A stretch of 64,000 nt of DNA, from the NCBI GenBank assembly GCA_050294405.1, contig JBNKOC010000021.1, forward strand, positions 18,335 through 82,334. Reading direction: 5' to 3'. Position numbers and translations under genes: made by a program. Below, piece after piece: positions 19,928-29,325 of this stretch (its first letter is position 1; every line of letters starts with the position of its first letter). Source of the stretch: Fibrobacteria bacterium (GTDB lineage Bacteria > Fibrobacterota > Fibrobacteria > UBA11236 > JADFYW01). The notes below the pieces were generated by a model. That model made no database searches and was not told the DNA's origin. It saw nothing but the letters and a program-made list of their open reading frames with translations.

Positions 19928-20722
19928 TTACAAACTAATGATGGTGCCTTGGGGCTCAAGCCCAAGTAACTGTTTTTCCAGGTTTTCCCGGCTGCTAAAA
20001 CCGCTAATGTGCACTTCTCCCACCCCATTTTTAAGGCAGGATAAACAGCTTTTAATCTTAGGAACCATGCCACCAGAAATAACATCTTTTTCTATCAATT
20101 CCCGAATGGCTGCTTCATTTAAACTGGCTATTAATTTTTTTTCCCCGTCCAAAACTCCGGGAACATCCGATATAAAAATCAATTTGGATACATTTAAACT
20201 CTCGGCCAACGCGCGGGCCGCCTCATCGGCATTCACATTATAGGCCAAACCATTTTTGTCCACGGATATGGGAGATACAATGGGAAGCCCTCCCTGTTTT
20301 AAAATGGTTTTAACCCATTTGGAATCCACCTCTGTAATTTCACCTACCTGGCCGAGTTCCGTGCTAATAGGCTGGCATAAAAATAGATTTCCATCCACCC
20401 CGGAAATTCCTATGGCTTTTTTATCCCCCTCAGGGAAAAATTGATTGTGAAGCCTTACCAGATGTTTATTAACCTGTCCAGATAAGGTCATTTCCACAAT
20501 ATCCATAGCCTTCTGGCTGGTTGCCCTTAAGCCATTGATAAAATGGGGTTCTTCGTCCACCCACTTTAAGTTTCGGCTAATATTTTTGCCGCCGCCATGA
20601 ACCACGACTACAGACAAACCACGCAAACAGGCATTGGCCACCGCTTGGCAACATTGGCTGAGGCTCTCCTGGTTTTCAGCCATGGACCCCCCAATTTTTA
20701 TAAGCAACCTGTTTTCTGCCAT
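19928..20722 (-). CDS. argB: acetylglutamate kinase
   Basis: IKIGGS, VHGGG, NVNAD, GGMVPK. Confidence 0.95.
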   Translation of the reverse strand: MAENRLLIKIGGSMAENQESLSQCCQAVANACLRGLSVVVVHGGGKNISRNLKWVDEEPHFINGLRATSQKAMDIVEMTLSGQVNKHLVRLHNQFFPEGDKKAIGISGVDGNLFLCQPISTELGQVGEITEVDSKWVKTILKQGGLPIVSPISVDKNGLAYNVNADEAARALAESLNVSKLIFISDVPGVLDGEKKLIASLNEAAIRELIEKDVISGGMVPKIKSCLSCLKNGVGEVHISGFSSRENLEKQLLGLEPQGTIISL

Positions 20723-20725
20723 GGC

Positions 20726-21763
20726 TTATAAAAGGCCTGTGGATTCGTCCAGCCCAAACATGAGGTTCATGTTCTGCACTGCCTGACCCGAGGCCCCCTT
20801 AATGAGGTTGTCAATTACCGATACAATAATAAGCTGTCCACCGGCTCTGGGAAGGTATGTATAAAAATGGCAATGGTTGGTTCCGCTTACATCCCGGGTG
20901 GAAGGAGAAACATCCACATGGTGCACGAACTTAGATTGGCCATAAGCGCTTTGGTACAGCTTATCCAAATCTCCCTGAGATACATTTTTAGAGAGCGAGC
21001 AATAAATGGTGGACAATATGCCCCTTTCCATGGGAACCAGATGAGGGGTGAATAAAAGATTAATTTTAGCCTTAGCCATTAGGGTTAACTGCTCTGATAT
21101 TTCCGATATATGCCGGTGTTGGTCGCCGATTTTGTAAGCTTCAAAAGCTTCATTGCGATTGCCAAAATGTGTGGTTTCTGAAATTCCTTTGCCCGCGCCG
21201 GAAATGCCGGATTTGGAATCGGCGATAATGTTATTTGTATCAATTAAATTTTCTTTTATAAGGGGAAGCAAAGGCAGTAAAATGGAAGTGGGATAGCAAC
21301 CGGGATTGCCAATAACATTTGCGGATTTTACTTTTCCGCCATGCCACTCGCAAAGCCCATAACATGCATTTTCTAAAACATCGGGAATCGGGTGCTTTAC
21401 TCCGTATACATTTTCATATACATCTAAATCCTTTAACCTGAAATCGGCGGAAAGATCAATAACCTTGGTTTTCTTATTAGAGATAAAAGATTTGAGCAGG
21501 GAGGCAGACGCTCCGTGGGGCAGGCAGGAAAAAACAACATCAGGAGCTGTCTCCAGAACTTGAGATTCTGAAAGCAATACATCCAAAGCCTCAGGGATAA
21601 AACCTTTGAATTGAGGATACATACGGGTGTATAAACTGCCCGGATTGGAGTTGGCATGCAGCCAGGAAATGTCGGCGGCACTATGGCTGAGCAGGATTTT
21701 GACCAGCTCCCTTCCGGTGTAAGAACTGGCCCCTAAAATTCCGATTTTTACTTTTTGGTTCAT
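20726..21763 (-). CDS. argC: N-acetyl-gamma-glutamyl-phosphate reductase
   Basis: IDLSADFRL, NPGCYPT, SGISGAG, DNLIKGASGQAVQN. Confidence 0.96.
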   Translation of the reverse strand: MNQKVKIGILGASSYTGRELVKILLSHSAADISWLHANSNPGSLYTRMYPQFKGFIPEALDVLLSESQVLETAPDVVFSCLPHGASASLLKSFISNKKTKVIDLSADFRLKDLDVYENVYGVKHPIPDVLENACYGLCEWHGGKVKSANVIGNPGCYPTSILLPLLPLIKENLIDTNNIIADSKSGISGAGKGISETTHFGNRNEAFEAYKIGDQHRHISEISEQLTLMAKAKINLLFTPHLVPMERGILSTIYCSLSKNVSQGDLDKLYQSAYGQSKFVHHVDVSPSTRDVSGTNHCHFYTYLPRAGGQLIIVSVIDNLIKGASGQAVQNMNLMFGLDESTGLL

Positions 21764-21928
21764 AGCAAATTCTCCAGTTCTTAAAAGTATTTTAAAGCGG
21801 CAAAATTTTCACAAATTTGGCAGGATTTGTAATTATTGATTGCTTTTGAAGGCCTAACAATTCTATACTGGCCTTAAGTTTTTTGATTTATTAGTGGCAT
21901 CAAAATTTAGGATTCACAGGAAAAAAGG

Positions 21929-23017
21929 ATGGGAATTTTGAATAAAACAGCTTGGTTTTTCACTGCTGCCCTGGCTGCCTCTGTCTGTTGGGCCGGTAGC
22001 TCAGACCTTAGAGGAAGCATACAAATTCAGTCCAGCAAAGCCTTGATGGGCGGTTTTGGCAATGTGGATCAGGTTTTCGGGCGGGCCAATATGCTCTGGT
22101 CCTTTGAGGAAGACAGTACCTTTAGCTCGCTTATTCACGCCAGAGCCTACCCCGCTGGTTTTCACCACGAACCTATGCAGGGAGCTGGATGGGTAACCGA
22201 TAGCAGCTTGAGTTGGCCCATTCCCGTTATTGTAAACCAGGAGCCCACCAGTTCTGGAAATCCCACCTGGCATATTTACGAAGCCTGGATACGCTACAAA
22301 TTTACGGATTTCGATATTCGCATCGGAAGAATGATTACCCATGAAACCAAAAGCCTGCACTTTGGAAATTATCTGGATTTGCCTAACGGTGGCAGCTTCA
22401 CCCTGGGACGCATTGGAGTTCACAATTCCCTGGAATTTTTCAAGGTATACGGCATGTTCCACACCCGGGTACATTTAGGACTTGGCGATACCAAAGGGGA
22501 CAGGGGTTATTTAAGGTTTCACGAAACCATTACTCCACTTCAAAACCTGAAAATTGGACTAGGTTATAAGATAAATATTTTCGATTTGGTGAATTTCTCA
22601 CCTGATGAAGACGAAGCTCAATTAAAAAATATTATAACTGCCCATGTGGACTATCAGTTAAATCCCTTAATCGGTGTTTATGGTGAAGGTTCCTGGAGCC
22701 ATGTAAAAGGAGATGCTGATGAGAGAGACCCCATTCCTGTTACGGCTGGCTTTTCTCTTTCCACCCAGACTATTTTAAAAGAACTGGAAGTGCCCCCGGT
22801 TTTAGACGAATTGCGTATGGAAATGGAGTATCTTAATGACCGCCATCTTAAAAGAGGGCCTTACAATGGATTGGAAAAGGACTTTTTGTGGAATATCTAC
22901 CTTTCCAAAGTTTGGCTGAAAAGGATGCATTTTGAGGGAGGCATGTTTGCCGCCCCCAATAGCCGGGATCTGGATGATATTGGCGTTGGACTTCGCTTTA
23001 CCTCTTCTATAAACTAA
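21929..23017 (+). CDS. hypothetical outer-membrane beta-barrel/porin-like protein
   Basis: Signal peptide; IYEAWIRY..DIRIGR porin-like motif; alternating beta-strand pattern. Confidence 0.55.
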   Translation: MGILNKTAWFFTAALAASVCWAGSSDLRGSIQIQSSKALMGGFGNVDQVFGRANMLWSFEEDSTFSSLIHARAYPAGFHHEPMQGAGWVTDSSLSWPIPVIVNQEPTSSGNPTWHIYEAWIRYKFTDFDIRIGRMITHETKSLHFGNYLDLPNGGSFTLGRIGVHNSLEFFKVYGMFHTRVHLGLGDTKGDRGYLRFHETITPLQNLKIGLGYKINIFDLVNFSPDEDEAQLKNIITAHVDYQLNPLIGVYGEGSWSHVKGDADERDPIPVTAGFSLSTQTILKELEVPPVLDELRMEMEYLNDRHLKRGPYNGLEKDFLWNIYLSKVWLKRMHFEGGMFAAPNSRDLDDIGVGLRFTSSIN

Positions 23018-23029
23018 TTGGCTTATTAA

Positions 23030-23053
23030 AAAGGAGCATCCCTTTGCTCCTTT
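23030..23053 (+). terminator. intrinsic terminator-like hairpin
   Basis: aaaggagca-tccctt-tgctccttt after ORF 21929..23017. Confidence 0.55.
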
Positions 23054-23101
23054 AAAGATTCTTCTGTTGAATAACCCAATTACTATTTTATTTTTAGCCC
23101 C

Positions 23102-23779
23102 ATGTCAGATAGGATTAAAAAAATGCTGGGTACTCAGGCCGCCCAGCTCGTTGAAAACAAAATGATTGTTGGCCTGGGAACCGGTTCCACCTCCCGATAT
23201 TTTATAGAAGCCCTGGCTCAAAGAATTGAAGAGGAAAAACTGGAAATAAAATGTGTAACCAGTTCCTTTGCCTCCCAGCTTTTGGCCAGGGAAGGCAATA
23301 TGCCCGTGGTGCCCATCGGACAAGTTCAGCATATGGACTTATATGTGGATGGGGCCGATGAAGTGGACCCGGAAAAGTGTCTCATCAAAGGCCGTGGCGG
23401 TGCTATGGTGCAGGAAAAAATTTTAGCCAGCATGTCCAAAAAATTTGTGGTCATTGTGGATAATTCCAAGCTGGTCAAAAATCTGGGAGAAAAATTTTCA
23501 GTTCCCGTGGAATGCATTCCAGATTCCCTGAACCTGGTCATGCTCAAATTAACAGAGCTCAATTCTACTCCTGTAATCCGAATTGCAGAAAAAAAAGATG
23601 GGCCAGTTATTTCAGATCAGGGAAACTTCATTATTGACGCAAAATTTTCTGCTGCCAATGATTTTAAAGTTCTGGATAAAGAAATCAACCAAATTCCCGG
23701 TGTATTGGGCCATGGCATTTTTGTTAACCTGGCTCACAGCATATATACCAACGAAGGCGATAGTTTAAAGGTTTTATAA
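23102..23779 (+). CDS. rpiA: ribose-5-phosphate isomerase A
   Basis: GLGTGST, DGADEVD, IKGRGGA, QEKI. Confidence 0.96.
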   Translation: MSDRIKKMLGTQAAQLVENKMIVGLGTGSTSRYFIEALAQRIEEEKLEIKCVTSSFASQLLAREGNMPVVPIGQVQHMDLYVDGADEVDPEKCLIKGRGGAMVQEKILASMSKKFVVIVDNSKLVKNLGEKFSVPVECIPDSLNLVMLKLTELNSTPVIRIAEKKDGPVISDQGNFIIDAKFSAANDFKVLDKEINQIPGVLGHGIFVNLAHSIYTNEGDSLKVL

Positions 23780-23815
23780 AGAAAGAGGCTGTCTCCTGGA
23801 GACAGCCTCTTTCTT
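23779..23815. terminator. perfect 37-bp palindrome between convergent genes (bidirectional terminator)
   Basis: aagaaagaggctgtctcc-t-ggagacagcctctttctt. Confidence 0.75.
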
Positions 23816-23838
23816 GTTAATCCGAACTGTGGATTACT

Positions 23839-25842
23839 TTAAAATTTAACAGTTAGGCCGCCGTAATAAGACGCCCCTTGAACTTCAGGTAGGGTGTAAT
23901 TGGTAGCCTGGCCACCAGCGGGCAACCACACTTCTTCATCCAGTAAGTTATAAGCTTCTAAATCAAGCGTAATAACCGGACCATTTAATTTTAGCAGTCT
24001 GCTTATTTCATATTTGGCGTTAACATTCAGCAAATTAAAAGCTTCCCGTGTCTTGTTGTAGCTTGCATTATATCTTTCATGCAGTTTTCCTTCAAAAATA
24101 TTAAAGGCGCTTGCTGTTAGACCCTTTGAAGCATAGCTAATACCAACTTTACCAGTAGTTTCAGGAACAGGCATGGCATTTCCTTCCAGGCCTTTGGTGT
24201 TGTTTTTTTGATACATTCCGGATCCAAGTAACATCAACTCTTTGGTTATGAAATATTTAAACTCCAATTCGCCACCAAAAAAAGTGGTGGCCACTTCCTG
24301 ATTAGCAAATTCATGGGGCGGAGCGGCATTTTGTTTTTGCCAAATCACCTGCTCTACCCTACTGTAGAAATTATTTATTCCAAAGCTAATTCTATCGGTT
24401 TGGATGTTTACGCCTAAATCAATGGTTTTGATTTTTTCCGGATCCAAATCATCGGTGCCTTGCAACGTCGGGTGATCCAAATACAACTCAAACATGGATG
24501 GAGCCCTGAAGGCATTGCTATACAAGGCTTTGACATTCACAATATCTGCTGGAGCCCAAATAAGACCCAGACGCGGATTAATATCTAGCTCAATTCCATC
24601 GGCTTTATTAGCCTGGATACCAGCCAATAATTTTAATTGAGAAATAATTTTATAGTCAGCTTGGATAAAGCCTGAATATCTGTATTGGGCATCATCTATA
24701 GTGGTAGTTAAATTTGTTGGAAAACCACTTTCTTCGGTACCTTCCACTTTATTCCCTGAAAAGCCAATTAAAAAATTCAGGCTCTTTGTAGGATGTATAT
24801 AGTTTGTCCATTCACCTGTTAAGTCATAGGAATTTCTATGTGGAGCTGGAAAAGAATCCACAGTAAGCCAGGATTGAGTATAGGTTAAATTGAATTCCAT
24901 ATCCCACATTTTGTTAATGGCTTGTTTGTACCCCAAGTCATTAAACCATTTTTCCCAGGAGCCTTCCCCATAGGCATGCACTCCCGCAAAAACAGGGGCT
25001 GGCGGAGGGGGCATATATTTTTGCATGGCGTAGTGGTTTTGCCAATGGTTGTAGGAAGTCATGTAAGTAATATTTTTAAAACTCAGCTCCAGATAAGAAC
25101 CATAGCCGTTATCAGGTATGGAAAAATCAGTGAATAAATCATCCTGGGATTGGAAAGTCAGTTCCCAATTTTCAGTGTAGTTGTACTGGCCACCGGCAAC
25201 AATCCCCAAGTCTCCTATTTTATAAGCCACCGAGTTTGAGGTCTTAACGCTTCCAGGCATGCCACCGTGAACAGAAACTTGAGTTTTGTTTTCTTCGGCG
25301 CCCTTGGTGATAACATTGATAACACCTGAAAAAGCATTGGAACCATAAATTACGGAGCCTGGTCCGCGAATAAGTTCGATTTTTTCAATGGCCGCAACTG
25401 GAAAAGATTCCAATGTTTCTCCCTTAATTCCAGCTTCCAGAGCTTCACGCACTGGCCTTCCGTTAATAAGCAGCAGAATGTGATTGGGACTTGAATATTG
25501 AATTCCTCTGATTGTGACCGCGCTTCTGTCTGTCATATAAAATGCTGACAAATTGACACTGGGCATTCTCATTAAGACATCTCTTAAGCTTCTCGCGCCG
25601 AAACGTTCCATTTCATCTCGGGTCACAACAGAGATAACCCCTGGCGCATCGGATAGTTTTTCCTCTGTTTTGGATGTGGTAGTTACGGTAACATTCATCA
25701 AATCTTCAAGGGACATTTCCATCAAATCATCTGTGCTACTTGCCATTGAAGCATTATCTACAGAGCTTTCCTCCGAAAATGTGAATTGAAAAAGCATAAA
25801 AAGGAATATCAACGCTCCATTTTTAAGCAAGTTGACCGGCAT
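23839..25842 (-). CDS. TonB-dependent receptor
   Basis: DLMEMSLEDLMNVTV N-terminus, plug motif IELIRGPGSVIYGSNAFSGVINVITK, AFRAPS, YNLLD, terminal F. Confidence 0.93.
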   Translation of the reverse strand: MPVNLLKNGALIFLFMLFQFTFSEESSVDNASMASSTDDLMEMSLEDLMNVTVTTTSKTEEKLSDAPGVISVVTRDEMERFGARSLRDVLMRMPSVNLSAFYMTDRSAVTIRGIQYSSPNHILLLINGRPVREALEAGIKGETLESFPVAAIEKIELIRGPGSVIYGSNAFSGVINVITKGAEENKTQVSVHGGMPGSVKTSNSVAYKIGDLGIVAGGQYNYTENWELTFQSQDDLFTDFSIPDNGYGSYLELSFKNITYMTSYNHWQNHYAMQKYMPPPPAPVFAGVHAYGEGSWEKWFNDLGYKQAINKMWDMEFNLTYTQSWLTVDSFPAPHRNSYDLTGEWTNYIHPTKSLNFLIGFSGNKVEGTEESGFPTNLTTTIDDAQYRYSGFIQADYKIISQLKLLAGIQANKADGIELDINPRLGLIWAPADIVNVKALYSNAFRAPSMFELYLDHPTLQGTDDLDPEKIKTIDLGVNIQTDRISFGINNFYSRVEQVIWQKQNAAPPHEFANQEVATTFFGGELEFKYFITKELMLLGSGMYQKNNTKGLEGNAMPVPETTGKVGISYASKGLTASAFNIFEGKLHERYNASYNKTREAFNLLNVNAKYEISRLLKLNGPVITLDLEAYNLLDEEVWLPAGGQATNYTLPEVQGASYYGGLTVKF

Positions 25843-26009
25843 TCAAGACCTCCCAATTCTTAAACTAAAATTCAAACAAATTCTAAAGAGATATTAACCC
25901 TAGATTCAAAAAAAAATCAATAAAAAAAGAAATTATTTTTCTAATTTTTATTTTTATTCAAAAACCAATAATTTCCCAATTTTTTTAGGAAACTAAAAGA
26001 CGAATATTC

Positions 26010-26038
26010 TTGACTCAGTATTCTGGCTGGGTTATGAT
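26010..26038 (+). promoter_or_regulatory. sigma-70 promoter for the YfiR-MCP pair
   Basis: TTGACT-17 nt-TATGAT. Confidence 0.6.
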
Positions 26039-26092
26039 TTTTTAAGAAAGAATAACACCGATTTGGAATAGGTGAAGGTCTAAAAAAATTAA

Positions 26093-26617
26093 ATGAACAG
26101 CCCTAAAATATTTAAAGGATTCTTTTATTTTTATTTTGGGGTAATAATGGCATTCACTTCAGTATTTGCTGAAGACATTAACCCTGCTCCCGAACCTTTG
26201 CAAGCCGCCATATTCCTAAAATTATTAGGATTTAATCAAAACCTGGCCTCAGGGGGAGATGTCAGCGTTTATGTGGTAGCCTCCCCTGGCTTTGCATCTG
26301 AAATGAAAAAGGCAATAGGCAAAAAAGTGGGAGCAGCCACCATAAAAAAGGTTGATGAAGGGGATGGAATTCCCAGTGAAAAACCATCTATCATTTATTT
26401 AGGCCCGGGGGCAAATGTTTCTGATATGACCTCTTATTCTAAATCCAATAAAATTTTAAGCATAACAGGCACACCGGATTTTAGTTCTAAGGGGGCTACT
26501 CTCCTGGTTGGAGTCAGCGGTGGCAAACCAAAAATCATTTTAAATCTAACCTCTTCCAAAGAGGAAGGCATAAATTGGAACCCCGCCATTTTAAAGGTGG
26601 CTTCCACGGTAAAGTAA
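26093..26617 (+). CDS. YfiR/HmsC (DUF4154) family periplasmic protein
   Basis: Signal peptide; QAAIFLKLL, ILSITG, KPKIILNL..KEEGI...ILKVA. Confidence 0.75.
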   Translation: MNSPKIFKGFFYFYFGVIMAFTSVFAEDINPAPEPLQAAIFLKLLGFNQNLASGGDVSVYVVASPGFASEMKKAIGKKVGAATIKKVDEGDGIPSEKPSIIYLGPGANVSDMTSYSKSNKILSITGTPDFSSKGATLLVGVSGGKPKIILNLTSSKEEGINWNPAILKVASTVK

Positions 26618-26635
26618 AAAGTAACCAAAGGAACA

Positions 26636-28288
26636 ATGGATATAAAGTCTTCAGAAATAAGCAAGAGCCAGGAAGGCGAAAATATTTTGGATTCCAATTT
26701 CCAAATGTCGTCCATAAAGGCACGCCTTTTGTTTTTAACTGTTGGGTTTGGCCTTTTAACTTTGCTTTTAATTGTAATTGTGGTTCCGCCCCGAGCTTCC
26801 AAATTAGCTTCCCATGTAATGGAAGAAAATGCGGTTTTTATTTCCAGTTTGCTTAGCGACAATCTTGCTCTGGGAATTCAAACCATGGTATTGGACAATG
26901 GAGAGGCCTTAAACCAGTCTCTTGCTCTTCTTAACATCGGAGAAGGAGATTCTGTTTTAATAAAAACCATTGCTGTGTATGATGAAAACTTAAAGTTTAT
27001 CAAAGGGGTTAACGCCAACTCGGGAATGAAAATCCATAAGGTACAAAAGGCAGAAATCCAATCTAATCCCACCCAGATATTAATACTCAGTCCTATGAAA
27101 GACTTTAACAAAACGGTAGTGGGTTATGTATTTTGCGAGTTCAGCAAAAAAGGTTTAATAAACAACACCAAGAATTTTATGAAATCCATTTGGTTAGCCA
27201 CCATTGTTTTAGTTTTAATCATCGCTGTAATTGGATTTATTGTGGCTCAGTCCATAATAAGGCCTATTAATTCCACCATTAAAATGATAAAAAATATCGC
27301 AGCTGGAGAAGGTGACCTAACCCAAAGGCTGAGTTATACATCCAAAGATGAAATGGGTGCTCTATCTAAATGGTTCAACACTTTTGTAGAGAAAATTCAG
27401 AAGACAGTTAAGGGAGTAGCTGAAAACATGTCCTCACTTGCAGCTTTTTCCGGTGACTTTTTAAAAGTGACTTCCACCACGGGTGACGCTGCGGACAATT
27501 TGAGAATGCAGGCCAAAACCGCCAGCAAGGAAACCGAAAGCGTATCCAAATCCCTGGAGGAAATGTCCAGTTCCGCAAATGCCATGTGGAATTCTGTGGA
27601 GGCCATCACCAACTCCATGAAAGAAATGAGCTCTTCTATTAATGAAGTGGCGGAAAACTGTCAGAAAGAAACAAAAATAGTGAGCGATGCCGACTATCAA
27701 GCAGAGCAAATTTTAAACGCCATGAAAGACTTAGGAGCTCAATCAAAAGACATTGGGGAAATCACCCAGCTTATTCGGGGAGTGGCGGATAAAACAAACT
27801 TGCTTTCTTTAAATGCCACCATAGAGGCGGCTACCGCCGGAGAAGCAGGCAAAGGCTTTGCAGTGGTTGCTGTGGAAGTAAAAGAATTAGCCTTGCAAAC
27901 CTCCCAGGCCACGGAAGATATCAATCGAAAAATTATGGAAATGCAGGAAAAAACAGAAACAGCCATTTCTATGATCGATTCCATTGCCAGCCAGGTTAAA
28001 CAGCTCAATAACATATCCCATACCATAACAAGCGCCATTGAAGAACAGTCTTCCACGGCAAAAGAAATTTCGGACAATGCGGTAAGCACCAACCAGGCCG
28101 CTTCGGGAATAGCCAATATGGTTTCAGAAAGCTCTGAAAAAATTAAGAACCTATTTAAAATCATACAGGATGTGGATAAAGTGGCCAATGAAAATGACTC
28201 CAGCTCTAAGAAAATGATTGAGCTGGTGGAAGACTTTACCCAGTTAGCCACCCGGGCCAATAAAATCGTTTCTCAATTTAAATTTTAA
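26636..28288 (+). CDS. methyl-accepting chemotaxis protein
   Basis: Two TMs, HAMP ([15 protein letters not shown]), [31 protein letters not shown]. Confidence 0.95.
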   Translation: MDIKSSEISKSQEGENILDSNFQMSSIKARLLFLTVGFGLLTLLLIVIVVPPRASKLASHVMEENAVFISSLLSDNLALGIQTMVLDNGEALNQSLALLNIGEGDSVLIKTIAVYDENLKFIKGVNANSGMKIHKVQKAEIQSNPTQILILSPMKDFNKTVVGYVFCEFSKKGLINNTKNFMKSIWLATIVLVLIIAVIGFIVAQSIIRPINSTIKMIKNIAAGEGDLTQRLSYTSKDEMGALSKWFNTFVEKIQKTVKGVAENMSSLAAFSGDFLKVTSTTGDAADNLRMQAKTASKETESVSKSLEEMSSSANAMWNSVEAITNSMKEMSSSINEVAENCQKETKIVSDADYQAEQILNAMKDLGAQSKDIGEITQLIRGVADKTNLLSLNATIEAATAGEAGKGFAVVAVEVKELALQTSQATEDINRKIMEMQEKTETAISMIDSIASQVKQLNNISHTITSAIEEQSSTAKEISDNAVSTNQAASGIANMVSESSEKIKNLFKIIQDVDKVANENDSSSKKMIELVEDFTQLATRANKIVSQFKF

Positions 28289-28289
28289 T

Positions 28290-28348
28290 GAGCGAAGGCG
28301 TATACATAATACGCCGGGGATCACAGACGATGGCTTCAACGAAGAAAT
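28290..28348. repeat. partial ERIC-like element
   Basis: gagcgaaGGCGTAT-acata-ATACGCC hairpin; CAACGAAGAAAT also occurs at 28459-28470. Confidence 0.5.
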
Positions 28349-28366
28349 ACACGACCAAATTTAGGC

Positions 28367-28490
28367 AAAATTGATTTTGGGCAGGGCAGTTCAAGGCGGA
28401 GTGAAGCTTGTAGGGCGATGCTGTGCATCAAGCACTGCGAGGTCTACAGGCTTTGCGACAACGAAGAAATGGCCGTCCAAAATCAATTTT
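28367..28490. repeat. 124-bp palindromic ERIC-like element
   Basis: Perfect 14-bp terminal IR AAAATTGATTTTGG / CCAAAATCAATTTT; internal CAAGGCG...CAACG; inner stem aagcttgtag / ctacaggctt. Confidence 0.7.
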
Positions 28491-29232
28491 AAAAGGCGAC
28501 GGCGGAACCGACAACTAGTACATACTCTCTTTCTCTTTTGGGGCCCCTGCTATCCGATAACATGGCATACTGCAACTCCCACATGAGGAAAAAGCCCTTG
28601 GTGGATTTTGCCAGTTGGGGCCAGAGATAATTGATGGAAAGGGAAAAACCCCCGTTAAAACGAATTAATAATTCTCTTAATAGGCTGTGTTCCACTTCTG
28701 TGCCGTAGGTAAGGCCCAGTGCACGGCCCATTCGTATTCCCCCGCCAGCTTCCAGGCCATATTTAAAATAGCTCTCAGATAGCTGTATAGGTCTATCCTC
28801 GGGAGATGTGCTATCCGCTTCAAACTCCAAAGAGTGAAGCCCTAGAGTGGGGCCAATAAAAAAGGCCATAGGACCTAGGCGTTTGTGAAGACGGGTAAAC
28901 AAAACATAGCGGCTATCCACTTGTGCGGAACTTCGGGTAGGCTCGCCAGCCACAATTTTAGAACTAGCCCCTCCGGAAATCCAGGGTTTGTAATAAAAAC
29001 TGCCTTCGCCCTGCCATTGGAACAAACTGGAATGATTGTAGGTTTGCCCTTTTACAGTATACTCTCCTAATACATTGTACAAGCCAAAACCAAGGGAGCC
29101 CACCAATCCCTCTTCCAGATAAATGGAGCGGTTGGGATAGGGAATGGAATTGTCTATTTTATCTTGAGCCAGGGGCAGCTGATGAAAAACCATCCATACC
29201 AAGCCCAATATTATTGCTTTAAAACCAGCCAT
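28489..29232 (-). CDS. hypothetical outer-membrane beta-barrel protein
   Basis: Signal peptide, amphipathic strands, C-terminal F. Confidence 0.55.
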   Translation of the reverse strand: MAGFKAIILGLVWMVFHQLPLAQDKIDNSIPYPNRSIYLEEGLVGSLGFGLYNVLGEYTVKGQTYNHSSLFQWQGEGSFYYKPWISGGASSKIVAGEPTRSSAQVDSRYVLFTRLHKRLGPMAFFIGPTLGLHSLEFEADSTSPEDRPIQLSESYFKYGLEAGGGIRMGRALGLTYGTEVEHSLLRELLIRFNGGFSLSINYLWPQLAKSTKGFFLMWELQYAMLSDSRGPKREREYVLVVGSAVAF

Positions 29233-29325
29233 TATCCTTCAAAGTTATTCTCTCATAAATTTTGTGGTAAAAATAGCTTTTGGGCTTCTTTTTACGGCTA
29301 AAAAGTGAGGGAGTACCCAATCCCT

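Noticed and set aside
21764..21928. ARG boxes or attenuator upstream of argC
   Set aside because: AT-rich, but no convincing tandem ArgR dyads or leader peptide
27739..28260. Long antisense ORFs (also 7931-8452, 10550-10996, 63435-63863 and others)
   Set aside because: They lie opposite well-supported genes and lack RBS or motifs; typical antisense shadows
28371..28586. 71-aa ORF
   Set aside because: It runs through the palindromic element and antisense into the next gene, so it is probably spurious
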